Below are positions 1 through 11,451 of a DNA stretch of 47,726 nucleotides, one piece after another (the stretch's first letter is position 1; each line of letters starts with the position of its first letter). The notes under the pieces were generated by a model that did not search any database, had not been told where the DNA came from, and was given only the letters and a program-made list of their open reading frames with translations. Source of the DNA: Octopus bimaculoides (lineage: Eukaryota); assembly GCF_001194135.2 (NCBI RefSeq), contig NC_068987.1:103983562-104031287 (forward strand), written 5' to 3'. The translations under genes were made by a program, and so were the position numbers.

Positions 1-144
1 TATATATATTTTTATATATACATATACAATAATCCTTTGAGATCTCAGATATTTTTTCTGAATCTCCCTGATTCTTTTAATGTGCTTGTTCCCTGGTATT
101 AAATTGATATTAATTCATATCCAATTTTTTACCCTATTGTTTAA

Positions 145-180
<36 letters not shown>

Positions 181-1034
181 ACACTTGATGTTATTAGGAA
201 TATCGCTCTAAAAGTCAGCTACACTATTATTTTACAGTTAAAACGTGTAATGTTTTTACAACAGGAGTTACCTCCAGTCGTAGCAGTAACTGTTACATTA
301 GTTACCTCCCTTCCTATTAATTTTGATTTAAGTAAATGTATGGTGTGAGTGTTATTTCAGAACATTGAGTTATCTGTATATTACTCTCTCCGTCTTAATT
401 AGAAGGTTCTTGGTGGGTTTTTTTCCAGATACCTACCGCAGATAAAATGCTAACACAAGAAATGAACTTTCATGTTGTCACTGTTGTGCGTAACAATTCA
501 GAAATTGCCACCTTTTTTAAATGTTGCGATATTTTCTATACACAATTTTCAAATGAAATTGGAAACCTCTGACAGGGATGTTTCAATTGTATCAAAGAGA
601 AAAAAAGAAAAAGAAAAACCTTCTAAATATTTGGACACCACAAAGACACTACTGCAATTCATCTAATCGGTTTGAAATACTATCGATGATTATCCCGGAA
701 AATCAATGTGAGCCATCACTGAAAAACTTTATGTATCGGAATGGAGTATTAGAACTGTGGTACACAAGTGATTCAATACAAGTTGTATATATTAAAGAAG
801 AGACCAATTCTTACCTGCGAAAGTACGAGTAAACCGTTTGATTCGTACCAAAGCGTTACTAAACAAGGTTAAAAAGAAACTTTCACAAACAACACATGCT
901 TCGGTTCTTCTGACGAGAAAGAATTTGACCAAAAGCCAAAAGTCTAACAGGGGAAATGGTATAGGGTTATTTGCAGAGCCTTAAGGAGGAGGAGGAGGAG
1001 GATTCTTTATATTGCCTGCAATTTTGGAGGAGAG

Positions 1035-1204
1035 GATAACTGATTATCGACCCCAGTGTTCTACTGATACTTAATTTAACGACCTCGAAAGGATGAAAAG
1101 CAAAGTCGACCTCGGCGTAATTTGAACTCGGAACGTAGCGACGGGCGAAATATCGCTAAGTATTTCGTATAGCACACCAACGATCCTGCCAGTTCGCCGC
1201 CTTA
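1035..1204 (-). mobile_element. tRNA-derived SINE, family A
   Basis: Minus strand reads ggcggcgaactggcaggatcgttgg...gttccgagttcaaattacgccgaggtcgactttgcttttcatcctttcgagg. Same family recurs at 41985-42264, 42745-42962, 45095-45240, 46141-46370 and 46692-46790. Confidence 0.8.
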
Positions 1205-1251
1205 AATAAATGGTGATGATGATGATGATGATAATAATGATAATGATGATG

Positions 1252-1282
<31 letters not shown>

Positions 1283-1970
1283 NNNNNNNNNNTAATAATA
1301 ATAATAATAATAATAATAATATAGAAAGGATTGAGGTAACTCCTCCTGAAGATATAGAGTCAAAATTAAAAGAAGAGTGCCATTTGCTATCTTGTGAACA
1401 ATATTTCGACATCTTGCGCGTCTTCCACTGGTTCAAAAAATAAATTTGTGCATTGTATCTCTTGCGGTATGAGCAGTTGCTCCATCTTGCTGGAACCATG
1501 TGTGAGGTCTACTTTCAATGGAGACGATGTTGTTGATTAGCTCTGACAGCAACGATAAAATACAAATAAGGTGGAAAATCTGTTAAGGTTGAAGATAATG
1601 ATACTAGAGAGAGAGAGGGGGTAGATGGGAAGGAAGGGAGAGAGGGGGGAGAGTATTATAGCTAACTAGTTTATCTGCTAGATAAGATAATGTTGTATTT
1701 AACGTAACGAGCATTTAACTCATTGAATGTCCAAAACATTTTCATAAGTTTATTCTAAACGTCTATGTTTAGCTTCAGACTTTTAGTTAACTCTTGTTTC
1801 ATACATTCTGAGAAATATAGTTTTCCTTATCCGGAAACAAAATCGAAAAATAGATTTATAAATATGACCATCACCATTCAGCAAATATATTTCAAATCAA
1901 TGTTGAAAAACTTTCCAATGAGTTAGAAACCAAGCTGGGCATTTTGCAGTAATTATATTACATATTTATA

Positions 1971-2385
1971 CAGGGTATCCCAAAAATCACTGATGGGTTT
2001 CAATTTTTAGTAACTTCCTTAACATTAAAAATAAATGCATGAAATTTTGATACAATATAAAGGACATAAAGGAAATTAATATGCACAAGTTAAATTTTGC
2101 AACACCACTACATCACATATGAAAAATGATATCGCTTAAATGATAGCCATTTTTGGCTTTGCATGCCTGTGCTCTTTCCAAAAATTGCACCAAAACACCC
2201 TCAAGAGTTTTGGACTTTACTTCTCTGATTTCTCTAATGATGTTCTCCTTCAGTTGCATCTGGGTCTCCGGTTTGTTGATGTAAACCCTCCTTTTCAGCT
2301 ATATCCATAAGAAAAAGTCCAGGCTTGTCAAGTCAGGGGAACGTGAAGGCCATTCAAAGTAGAACTCACACATAGTTCCAGCAAG
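1971..2385 (-). mobile_element. Tc1/mariner transposase 3' remnant with TIR
   Basis: TA followed by CAGGGTATCCC terminus at 1969-1981. Minus-strand translation EWPSRSPDLTSLDFFLWI*LKRRVYINKPET matches the WPxxSPDLxPLDFFLW motif and contains a stop. Confidence 0.8.
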
Positions 2386-2880
2386 ATGGGGCAACTGCTT
2401 ATACCGCAAGAGAAACAATGCAGTTGCTATGGCAGTGCTTTGGAGAGAGAATAACCTCCTGCTTTGGCAATGTCAACTGGGTTCAATAAATAAGCATTTC
2501 TTGCCTTAATTCTTGTAGGTACCCTGTAAGTAGATAAGTATCCTCACCAACAGCCTTAAACAAAAGGGATACATTAGATCATGGTAGTACACTGTACTGA
2601 AAAGGAAAGAAAGAATACAAAGGGACAATGACTGAACCAATTCGATCAAAGGTATTCAGTGGTTAAACCACAATTTACTAGCAAGCAATGAGAGAGAACT
2701 GGATAGTTTCATGACCTATTTGATAAAATAATTAATATCCAGGTATCCAATTCTCTCATAAAAAGGAATTAGACTAATACAGTCCGAGATAGTCTACATC
2801 TGGGGATGGAGCGGTGAAAGTCATACGGTACATTCTCTTTTTCAATTAAAACCATTATATATATATATATATATATATAT

Positions 2881-3044
2881 GGTGGTTGTCTACTCCTTAC
2901 AGAGTTTGACCACCTCCTGTACCTACACCTTGGCCCCTTCATGGCGTCTGATGTGGCTTTTTAAACCAGACAATGTTTTGAAAAAACACCCACACAGATT
3001 GCACCTCTGATTTGAACTACCAATACCTGCAGATAAGTTCTGCT

Positions 3045-3046
<2 letters not shown>
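2881..3046 (-). mobile_element. LINE (RTE-like) 3' terminal fragment encoding one C2H2 motif, between two (TA)n tracts
   Basis: Minus frame NQRCNLCGCFFKTLSGLKSHIRRHEGAKV* (C-x2-C-x12-H-x3-H), then a short 3'UTR running into (TA)n. Confidence 0.55.
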
Positions 3047-3083
<37 letters not shown>

Positions 3084-3444
3084 AACTCACCAATTCCAGT
3101 TTATATATTCTTCAACACTGGTTGGTATTTCATCTTCTGCCAGAAAATACACGTACTCATGTCTTTGGTTCTATTTTCCTATTTGCACCACCAAATCATT
3201 ACTTCGTAAATTTAGGTGCAAGACCACAAGGTTTTTCTTTCTTTTTTTGCGAGTGCATGCACATTTGACTAAATCACCCCTAATATATCATGATACATAT
3301 TTTATTAATATTTGTAAGTTAACTACAAGGTATATGTTTATATTAGTGCTTCACAAATTCCTTTTGACCAATGTCCCGTTTCAATTAAAAAAAAAAAAAA
3401 AAATTGCATCCCACATGAACGATATATAAATATTCTATCTTTTG

Positions 3445-3770
3445 CTTGTCTCAGTTATTGGACTGCGGATATGCTGAGGCACCACCTTAAAGGGTTTAGT
3501 AAAATAAATCGACCCCAGTACTTACTTATTTTAAACTCTAGAACTTCTTCTATCGAACTTTTGCCGAACCATTAAGTTACCAACACCAGTTGTCAACTTG
3601 TGGTGGTGGATAAATACAACACACGCGCGCACACACACACACTATGAGCTTTCAATTGCCTTCTACGAAATCCACTCACAAGGCTCTAGTCAGCCCGGGC
3701 TATAGTAGAACACACTTGCCTAAGGTATCATTCATGTGACTGGCTGGGAAACTTTTCACCACACTTCCAC
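3445..3770 (-). mobile_element. tRNA-derived SINE, family B (degraded)
   Basis: Shares ggcaagtgt..ctactatag, ccttgtgagtggattt, the (GT)n insert and the gcat..ccgcagtc tail with the copy at 18781-19145. Confidence 0.7.
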
Positions 3771-4143
3771 CCCTGCACCTATTCAAAGATTCATTATGCT
3801 TTGCGATTGTCTTTCACAAGTCAGGAAAACCATTCCTTCCATTCAATTTAAAGATTTTTCAAAAACATCAGAGTTATCTCCCTATGTTTACTAAAAATCT
3901 TCACTCCCGTCATTTCCAACGATACCTGTCAAACCAAGAAAGGAGCTTTTATATGGTCATCCGACCTGCTAGAAATAGCACCTAAATATGTATCTAGTGA
4001 CATGAACTATATATGGCACGAACATAGAGGGAGCCTCTATGTAGTCGCTCACCTAGCTAAAAATAACAGTCAGATTTCCTTCATTTCCCCACTATCTTCA
4101 ATGAGGCAAAAACACATGTAGAGATACATGCTTCTGAAAAAAT

Positions 4144-4438
4144 GGGATGGCCTCAGCTGGAATGCCCTTGATCGTCATCTTTTCAATCAAGATTGACCTA
4201 CCTCAACCTAAAACAGTAGCGATCACATCTATCAATGAAGCAGACTCATTACCCAACCTGCTAGAAATAACAGCCAAGTCTCCCTCAAGTCATCTAAAAA
4301 AAAAAAAAAAAGATGATACATTTGATAATGTCCAAAATAAACTGCAAATTTACAAAAGATAAGATGACCTCAACTGGAACGCTATTTATCATAGGTCTGC
4401 TAAGCGATACCAACAATTATATATGTCTAGAAATACAC
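4144..4438 (+). repeat. Unclassified interspersed repeat, left copy of an inverted pair
   Basis: Reverse complement of 5633-5924, roughly 85% identical by eye. The tgctagaaataacagccaa motif recurs near 3965, 17020-17300 and 30415. Confidence 0.8.
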
Positions 4439-5337
4439 CTCGTTGTGTTCTCATGTAAAGTACTTCGTTTCCACGTTGCTCTGTGATCATTTTGTCATCT
4501 GACATGTGGCACACGGTGCACCTGTTAGGTAATATCGATTTGATGGAGAGAGTGAGCTTACATGAACACAAACAGTTCATCACTATAAAGAAATCATCTG
4601 TGTGGTTGTTCGGCAATTTCTTGCCGAACCCACATATATTGTCTAACGACGAGTCAATGAATAAATGATTGATTGATTGATACACACACACACACACACA
4701 TACATACATGTAAAAGTGTCAAAGGATATTTTTTTTTAATTCTAGGAATTCATTTTATTGATCAAAGATTTTTGTCTAAATGTCAACAGATACTCTGAAA
4801 AATAGAGGCAGCATATAAAATATAAGGAACAAATTTATTTGTCAAGAACAAACTTATTTGAGAGAATGACAATGGGATGTGAAAGCTTACCATAACAAGC
4901 TTGGTTGTGCTTGCAACCCAACTAAAGTGGAGAGAAGTATCTCAATACGGTCATTTGACTTATAGTGGCCAAATCTCCCTTAAGTTACAATCTGCTGTCT
5001 TGAAAGAAAGAAGACAGACTGGATAATGTAGTCTGGGAAATACAAAACCCGAGAGAAGGAGATGGTGGTCACGCACGCATACACACACACATGTATTTTT
5101 TAAGCCTGTTATTAGTGTTGATGTTGTCATTGCTATTGTTGCATGATCATGAATAAGAAGCAGTTATGCATAATTTTGAATTGAATATTTTTTTGAAAGT
5201 TAATATTTAAATAGAAGTGGAAGATTAAATAAATTGCATAGATGCATCTATCACCCCTTTGCTCCCAACACCCATATAAATTTTCCACTGCAGTGTTGGG
5301 GCTGGTATCACTCTTTTTAAGAAGCACTAGATGGTCC

Positions 5338-5543
5338 GGTAATTTTTCAGATTAACACCCGCACGATCTTCATTCACTAGGGTGTTAGAGTTAGGGTTAC
5401 GATTACGGTTAGGGACGGAATTCCCTAACCCAAACACTAAAACCCTAACCATAACCCTAACCCTAAAACCCTAATCCCGAACCTAAAACCGTAACCCTAA
5501 TACCCTAGTGAAGATCGTGCGGATGTTAATCTGAAAAATTACC
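5338..5543. mobile_element. Merlin-like MITE with internal degenerate telomeric repeats
   Basis: About 42-bp TIRs starting GGTAATTTTTCAGATTAAC; perfect 8-bp TSD GATGGTCC at 5330-5337 and 5544-5551; interior of TTAGGG-like then CCCTAA-like units. Confidence 0.8.
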
Positions 5544-5632
5544 GATGGTCCTACCACTAACAAAACCAACAAGGTGGCTTGTTGGTTTTGCTAGTGGTAG
5601 GAAATGTTTGTGCTAGGAAACAAAATAGTGAT

Positions 5633-5924
5633 GTGTATTTCTGGACATATATAATTGTTGGTATTGTTTAGCAGACCTATGATAAATAGCATTCCAGTTG
5701 TGGTCATCTTATCTTTTGTAAATTTACAGTTTGTTTATGACATTATCAAATGTATCATATTTTTTTTTATATATGACCTGAGGAAAACTTGGCTGTTATT
5801 TCTAACAGGTTGAGTGATGAGAGTCTGCTTTGTTGGTAGATGTGATTGCTACTGTTTTAGGTTGAGATAGATCAATCTTGATTGAAAAGACGACGATCAA
5901 GGGCATTCCAGCTGAGACCATCCC
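5633..5924 (-). repeat. Unclassified interspersed repeat, right copy of an inverted pair
   Basis: Reverse complement of 4144-4438. Confidence 0.8.
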
Positions 5925-6849
5925 CTACTTAATTATTTTGTTTAACTACTTGCTGAGGATTTGCTATGGTTTTATCTTCAAGTACCTCTGCTATATTCCT
6001 GAAATGTTCTCTGCAATTTACCCCTTTCTGCTCTGTTATCTTTCTTAAGATCAATACCATCCAGGTATGACATTGCAAATTTATCTGGAAACACACCTCC
6101 AGAGGAAGCACTGTATGGATACTGCCAATCTTTGTTTCACATGACTCCATGAAACCATCATATTTCAAGTACTTCATTTACCCATTCCATATTTGTTTTC
6201 TCAAACACCAACTAACTTTTAGAATGTTTTTCATTAAGTCAGATCATGCTATAAAGTCAAGGCATCACTTCCTATTGCTACTTAATAGCAGGTCTTGTAC
6301 CATTCCACCAGCTCTACAGAGTTTGTATTCTAGGATTAAAGAGTTCACTCTATACTGTATCAATTTACATTCAGAGTTAATCCTCTTGCAGCTGATAAAA
6401 TCCATATATCTGTGAAATTACAGTAGAAAACATTTTGTATGCATGCCTAATTTCCTTGACAAGTTACTTTGGTTATAGCTGAGGGGCCATATCTCACTAT
6501 AATTTGGGGAAAAGGTATTTAGCTACTAAGGGGAGATCAGAGTGAAAGTCTAATATTATTAAGGATAAAGTTTGTGCTTGTGATATAGAGTGGAGAGACA
6601 ATTAAAAAGAGATTGCCTACATACACTCTTATAAACATATATATAGATGTTTTTTCATGCATAAATTAAATAAAATTAACATATCTGAACCATGTTTTTG
6701 TTCTATCACATCTTGGTACACTTCAATGGGTTTAGAACAACTGTTTAATGGTGTAAATTCTATTCATTATGTTTTGAGTGGTCACAATACTGGCTGATGA
6801 CACCATTGATCATTTATTAAACATCAAGGTCAGATTTTTAAGTTTAAAA

Positions 6850-7538
6850 TTGCCAAGAAGGCTGAGGGTGTCTTGGCATCACTTACCAAGTCCTTTGTGA
6901 GCCGCTCTCCGGCTATCTATCTGAGGCTTTATATAGCTATGGTGCGGCCTCACCTGGAATTTGTGTCTCCGGTCTGGAACCCCTATCTTGCCCAGGATAT
7001 TGTCTGGAAACCGTTCAGCGACGTGCAACCAAGAGAATACCCTCCATCAGGCATTTGCCATATTCTGAACGCCTTACTTCCCTGGGTATGGATACATTGA
7101 AACTCCAACGTCTGGCAGCTGACTTGGCAGACGCCTATAAAATTATCAACCATCTTACTAACAACAACTCTGAGCACCTTTTCAAATTCCACCTGTCTAA
7201 CACCTGTGGACATGTTTACAAAGTCAGAAAACAGCACAGCTCCCATGACTTTCGGAAACACTTTTTTATGCTAAGAGTTGCTGAAGTATGGAACAAACTA
7301 CCAGCATCAGTTGTTAGTTGTCGGAGGACTGCATCCTTCAAAACTTCCATGCTTCCTGAGATTCGCCAACACTACACCTGATTTTCTTCCCTCCATACAC
7401 ACGTAGGCATGTATCTGACTCATACACTGTTCACCTTCCAGACATTCGTACAATACTGCATATGCTTTATATGTACTTTTGACAAGTTGTAGTGCACCTG
7501 AGCACTGTATACAATAATTTCATTATTATTATTATTAT
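6850..7538 (+). mobile_element. CR1-clade LINE, 5'-truncated 3' end
   Basis: Frames give LYIAMVRPHLEFVSPVWNPYL and YSERLTSLGMDTLKLQRLAADL..RKHFFMLRVAEVWNKLP, the CR1 RT C-terminus. There is a frameshift and an (ATT)n tail at 7521-7538. Confidence 0.85.
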
Positions 7539-7620
7539 TTTTTAAGAATTTCAGCATGTGCCCACAGGTTGAAATTAGCCTATTTTCTTTAGGATTGGAG
7601 TAAAATGGCAAATAATAAAA

Positions 7621-8375
7621 CCATTTATATAACAGTGACATGTGTTTATTATTAATATGCTAAGTCTAACTCACACACACAGGGGCTTCTCAGTTTCTGT
7701 CAACCAAATAATTTTCATTGAAGGTCACAGAATTTTGATCCAGTTTTAAATGATGGTGCCCTATTTAATACTGCCCATGTAATGTTGCTGGTTTCTCTGT
7801 CTTGATTTCAAAATGTACTTTGAAAGTGCTGGTCATGTCTTTCAGAAATAGATGATGAAATGAAATAAGCTGTTGAATGTGTGTGGTGTGAATGCTATGT
7901 AGCTATATGCTTATATAGTTACTGGTGACATCAGCATGGTATTATACTTTGGTCGTTATCTCTTTACAATAATTTTCCTTGAAGGTCTTTTATTTCAAGC
8001 AGCTGTAGTGCAATTTTGTTTTTCTTGTTAACAATTGGTGGAATCTGCTGTTGATGAGATTGATGAAATGCTTTGCAATATTGATTTTTACAATAGTATA
8101 GTGGAATCATCATTGTTGTCATTTTAATGTCTACTTTTCCATACATGGGTCAGACAAAACTTGTTTAAACAAATTTTCTATGGCCTGATGCTCTTCTTAT
8201 CATCAACTGTCATATATCTGAACAAGGTAATATTTTTTACCCTAGTTCAGACATTTTTTTTCATGGATGTTTGCAAACAAATAACACCATTTATATAACA
8301 GTGACATGTTCATTATTAATATGCTAAGTCAAGCTCACACACACACAGGGGTTTCTCAGTTTCTGTCAGCCAAAT
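7621..8375 (+). repeat. About 90-bp local direct duplication (7621-7709 and 8287-8375)
   Basis: Both copies read ccatttatataacagtgacatgt...attattaatatgctaagtc...cacacacacagggg..tctcagtttctgtca.ccaaat. Confidence 0.85.
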
Positions 8376-8788
8376 TCACTCATTGCTTGTGTTTATACCA
8401 AATATTATACAATATTATATTTCTCATTTTTGTTGGTCAGCCTATTTTTAACAATATTCAACCTTTCATTACATTATCTCTTTATCTTATCCACTCTAAA
8501 TAGGCCATGCTAGAGAATTGGGTAACATTGTTGTTCAAAACAGTTTCATGGATCAAGGCATGTCTTAAATTATTCAATATAGTTATTCTTTAGTTTGACA
8601 GGAGATATTTCTGGTGAAATGCCATCTAGAAAAAAACGATTTGTGTTACCTACAATACATAAATTACTACTTCATTCAGGGTCAAACTGAAGAAAATCCA
8701 GCTGGTTATATCATTCAGATAGTTAAAAATTTGAACAAATGAAAGTCATGGTTTACAAAATGAAACAAACATTGATATATATTCATTG

Positions 8789-8824
8789 TATTTTCAAATA
8801 ATTTCATACATTTTATTTATTCTT
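8789..8824 (-). terminator. Predicted poly(A) signal block of ZNF-A
   Basis: mRNA sense AAGAAUAAAUAAAAUGUAUGAAAUUAUUUGAAAAUA: overlapping AAUAAA hexamers, a U/GU-rich stretch downstream, and identical to 22965-23000. Confidence 0.65.
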
Positions 8825-9404
8825 TACACTTTATATTTTTAATTTATTCTTATTCTTTGGCACTTCAGATTTTTAAAGATAATAAATTTCATGAGACAAG
8901 ATTTAGAATGACAATACACGACAAAAAAAAAATCATTTGTTTCCTAATACACATACTTTTGATGGCAATTAAATAATGAAAAAATTGTGACAGCTCTATA
9001 TCTATAAGCAGACTAATTAGCAAAATTAATTCAAAATAAATTAAACTGAAAATGCAACAACACATTTTCAATTAATAATTTGATAGACAGGTTTACACAC
9101 TTATATAAAATATAATAATAATTTACACCACAATAGCACAAGAGTTTACAATCAGAAAGTGGAAAAGTTACATTTATGAAATTTTGAATATTTTTCTGAA
9201 GAGTTTCTCAACGAGTGTAGAATATCAAATGATATAAGTCTACTCTAAAAAGTCATGATTGGGGAAATAATTTTCTCTGAAATAATTCTACTAAAATGTC
9301 ACAATAACATTATAACAATTACTTTCACAGAATTTCTAAGAATTACTATACATTCTAATATAGCATAGTTTCTACAGGTTTCATGTGATAACTTCTTTCA
9401 TTGC

Positions 9405-9436
<32 letters not shown>

Positions 9437-10921
9437 TCCAAGGTTATAACAGTGATAGAATTTCACAACTGCACCAATATATATAGCTGGAACTAGCTAA
9501 AACACAAAGAGAATATTTTAATCATAAATATCACCCGTATAAATATTTTAATAAGTCCATGTGAGAATGTTATACTGTATACATCACAGTGGAGCTTACC
9601 AAATGTTTACAACAGACAATATGGTATGAGAAAAGTTAAATACACCAGAATATATTCAGTTTTCCATTAAAATGATTTGGCTAAAGATTTCTCAAGTTCA
9701 TGTCTGTCTGAAAACATTGGGCAAATGTGTTCAGTCAAGCTGAGTCTCAGTTTTGGTCTTTACATACAAACATGCTATCTAGTTTTATACTTGTCAAAGC
9801 TACAGCATTTGATGACTAATTCTGAAAACCTATAGTGATTACTCTGTTTGACTACAAGGAGACTGTGTAGTACTGTACTTTTGTTAGTTTGTCATGCCCT
9901 TCCAGATAGGTGAGGCTGTTGATGTTCATTCATCTGCAGACTGATGTTATATGGGCCTCCAATGGGTTGTAGTTCTGAGGCTGAGTGAAATGTTTAGAAA
10001 AAGGAGGTCGCTGAGAGATCATCAAAAATTGCGAGTCTAGCATTTGTATCAACTTTGATAGGTTTGTGTTAGAGGGCTTGTTTCTTTGACTTGTGCCTTT
10101 GTGCTGTCATATAAACACATTGAAAGTTGCTTTCAAGAGGCTTGTTCATGGAGGTAGTATATGATCGAGATGTGGTTTTTAGCATGTACATCTATGTTGC
10201 TGAACAGAGGAGTGAAGAGTGGAACTGTCTGCAGAAGACATTGTGTGTTTATTTGTAAGTGACAGTAAATTTGTAAGTAATGTACCGGAAGAGAGGTTTG
10301 ATTGACATAACCACACCTTGAATACACCAGAGTTTATGGAGTGTGAATCTGCACATGTTGCAACTGTCCACAGGAATCCAAAAATGAAAGACAGATGGAG
10401 ACCATACTTGGGCAACGTAACTTGGTTCTCATACTAAACATGGGCAAAAGATTTGCTGATTTCAAATGCCACAATTTTGCTTGCACTAGAGTTATGTGAG
10501 AGCAAGACTCCAGTTTATTTGCATCCACAGAAATTATATTGTATTTAATCATCATCTTTGAAAAGCTGGAAGGAGTGATATATTGGCAGTCAGGGAAATT
10601 ACCCATTTCGAAGAATATGAGACACTTTATTAAATCGGAATAGATTCTAGATTCTAGTAGGTACAGACTGACTGGTTATAACTCAGGAGTACACAGATTA
10701 AGTGTGATTAAAAGAAAGTTAAAAGTTGTCTTGTTCGGCTGAAGTGATTCAGGAGATTTTCGCACGTGATGATTGAATTCATGTGGTTTGGATGAAATTG
10801 GTGACATTGGGAAGGAGAGATTGAGAGAGTTTAGTAGAGCATGTGCAGTGTGGAATTGAAGCAAAGAACAAATGACAAAGTGGATGAACTGCTAACATAA
10901 GCTGTCTTGTTTGTGGAATGG

Positions 10922-10949
10922 TTAGGGTTAGGGTTAGGGTTAGGGTTAG
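10922..10949 (+). repeat. Interstitial telomeric repeat (TTAGGG)4TTAG
   Basis: Direct reading: ttagggttagggttagggttagggttag. Confidence 0.95.
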
Positions 10950-11451
10950 TAGAGAACATTTTGGCAAGGGATCATAAAAGTCAGGAAGTGAGAGAGCTTG
11001 CAGGCTGTGTGATGCACAAAGACACTTTGCTTTTCTGCATTTCAGAGGTGTTGCTGCAGTGGATACAAATTTTTATGTTCATGTTGATTACAGGCATTAG
11101 TTGCATGAAGGATGTGTTGGCCAGCATTCAAAATAACTACTTGTTGAAGGTGGTGTTGTTAAGGCAGACAGCATATTAGGTGGATAATGCCCAACTCAGT
11201 TAAAACTATGAACATTTAAAAATTAGACCTGTATGTTCGCTTTAAAGCAAGATTAAAATACTTTTGCATGCAATTAACTAATCTGGTCTATAAGCATGCT
11301 ACATAATGTCACAATTGGTTAACAATATTTTTAGTTTAGGCGATGTTTTTCAGAAGAGATAAAAGTTACTTCCTTAATATACTGCAAAAAGGACAGCTAA
11401 CATGTTGCAACAGATGTTAATGATCAAATTCCAGTACTTAACATAGAATGA

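Noticed and set aside
1210-1443. ORFs with poly-M/I/N/L/Y runs (also 1071, 41924 and 42121-42573)
   Set aside because: They are translations of trinucleotide microsatellites; only the Dong segment has real coding ancestry.
4445-4515. Minus-strand CAGATGA...GAAACGAAGTA hammerhead-like string
   Set aside because: The core is mutated, and stems I and II are out of register.
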